In this document: one piece after another, positions 63,101 to 64,000 of the stretch
Layout of the letters: the number at the start of each line of letters is the position of its first letter
How positions within the stretch are numbered: the first letter of the stretch is position 1
The notes under the pieces: generated by a model
What the model was told of the DNA's origin: nothing
Databases searched by the model: none
The model's input: the letters and a program-made list of their open reading frames with translations, nothing else
Assembly: GCA_964016885.1 (NCBI GenBank)
Contig: OZ024743.1
Location: forward strand, 136,586,001 to 136,650,000
Direction: 5' to 3'
Source: Eledone cirrhosa
Taxonomy: Eukaryota
DNA length: 64,000 bases
Made by a program: the position numbers and the translations under genes

Positions 63101-64000
63101 TTGGTGCTTGGTGTTTGGTGCTTGGTGCTTGGTGTTTGGTGTTTGGTGCTTGGTGCTTGGTGTTTGGTGCTTGGTGCTTGGTGCTTGTTGTTTGATGATT
63201 GGTACTTGGTGCTTGGTGTTTGGTGTTTGGTGCTTGGGGCTTGGTGTTTGGTGCTGCGTGCTTGGTGCTTGGTGCTTGGTGCTTGGTGCTTGGTGTTTTG
63301 TGTTTGGTGTTTGATGCTTGGTGCTTGGTGTTTGGTGTTTGGTGCTTGGTGTTTGGTGTTTGCTGTTTGCTGTTTGCTGTTTCGTGTTTGCTGTTTGGTG
63401 TTTGGTGTTTGGTGTTTGCTGTTTGGTGTTTGCTGTTTGGTGTTTGGTGCTTGCTGTTTGGTGCTTGGTGTTTGGTGCTTGGTGCTTGGTGTTTGGTGTT
63501 TGGTGTTTGGTGCTTGGTGCTTGGGGCTTGATTTGGTGCTTGGTGCTTGGTGCTTGGTGTTTGGTGTTTGGTGCTTGGTGTTTGGTGCTTGGTGCTTGGT
63601 GCTGGGTGTTTGGTGCTTGGTGTTTGGTGCATGGTGCTTGGTGCTTGTTGTTTGTCGCTTGTTGCTTGGTGCTTGGTGTTTGGTGCTTGGTGCTTGGTGT
63701 TTGGTGTTTGGTGCTTGGTGCTTGGTGTTTGGTGTTTGGTGCTTGGTGTTTGGTGTTTGGTGCTTGGTGCTTGGTGTTTGCTGCTTGGTACTTGGTGCAT
63801 GGTGTTTGGTGCTGGGTGCTTGGTGTTTGGTGCTTGGTGTTTGGTGCTTGGTGCTTGGTGTTTGGTGTTTGGTGTTTGATGCTTGGTGTTTTATGCTTGG
63901 TGCTTGGTGTTTGGTGCTTGGTGTTTGTACTTGGTGCTTGGTGCTTGGTGTTTGGTGCTTGGTACTTGGTGCTTGGTGTTAGGTGTTTGGTGCTTGGTGC

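Larger units (their letters stand above)
1..64000. repeat. Heptameric tandem satellite (TGYTTGG)n, ~9,150 monomers, running off both window edges
   Basis: Every line consists of TGCTTGG/TGTTTGG or substitution variants of them. There is no non-repeat insert and no strand switch. A is nearly absent from the + strand. Confidence 0.99.
47771..64000. repeat. Sub-family B domain (second block)
   Basis: Twenty further TGTTTG-TACTT sites lie between 48188 and 63922. GGCTTGA-TTTGG occurs at 47791, 56759 and 63525, and TGCCCAG at ~55919, ~60399 and ~62706. Confidence 0.8.

Noticed and set aside
109-63982. Hundreds of ORFs, including long ones (17550-20393, 34831-36993, 45820-48066, 51756-54104, 57245-59887, 59050-61464), as CDS
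   Set aside because: They overlap in all frames on both strands, encode the same heptad, have no unique domain or credible start context, and their limits are set by chance variant monomers.
1-64000. CRISPR array or other repeat-spacer system
   Set aside because: There are no unique spacers. The sequence between recurring motifs such as GGTGATTAGTG is itself the 7-mer and is duplicated, and no cas-like ORF is present.
1-64000. Basecalling artefact or simulated low-complexity sequence
   Set aside because: Rare variants and the C/T order recur at fixed multi-kb offsets with nested, graded divergence, and indels are very rare. That is unlike random error. Mis-assembly of individual duplications is still possible.
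1-64000. Canonical telomerase-synthesised telomere (TTAGGG, TTTAGGG, TTAGG, TTAGGC)
   Set aside because: The motif does not match, and kb-scale higher-order copying indicates recombinational amplification. Isolated TTAGG occurrences are single-base variants of TTTGG.
1-64000. CpG deamination or fungal RIP as the cause of the C/T dimorphism
   Set aside because: The variable C is followed by T, so it is neither CpG nor CpA. The abundant TG/CA dinucleotides that RIP would target are mostly intact, and TA variants are rare.
1-64000. Transposon insertions, inverted repeats, tRNA or rRNA
   Set aside because: I saw no non-satellite stretch longer than about two monomers and no reverse-orientation (CCAARCA) segment on the + strand.

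Overview
The whole 64 kb is one uninterrupted, single-orientation tandem array of a 7-bp monomer, TGYTTGG (TGCTTGG and TGTTTGG interspersed; minus strand CCAARCA), about 9,150 copies. I find no unique sequence, credible gene, RNA gene, mobile element or CRISPR array. The ORFs are a consequence of a stop-free 7-mer read in six frames (WCLV[L/F]G[A/V] on +, TKHQ[A/T]P[S/N] on -). Rare variant monomers act as markers and show nested structure: 7 bp, then ~0.25-1.3 kb modules, ~2.4-3.4 kb blocks, and 6-16 kb duplications. There are two variant sub-families (A and B) arranged A-B-A-B by a young ~11.4 kb tandem duplication with its junction at ~40,967-40,983. The 7-bp register is very well preserved. 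I found 35 register-breaking sites, all 1-2 bp deletions, of only five sequence types. This looks like satellite DNA (centromeric, pericentromeric or subtelomeric) maintained by recombination, but the organism and function cannot be determined from the sequence alone. All counts and coordinates were obtained by eye and from offsets in the ORF track.
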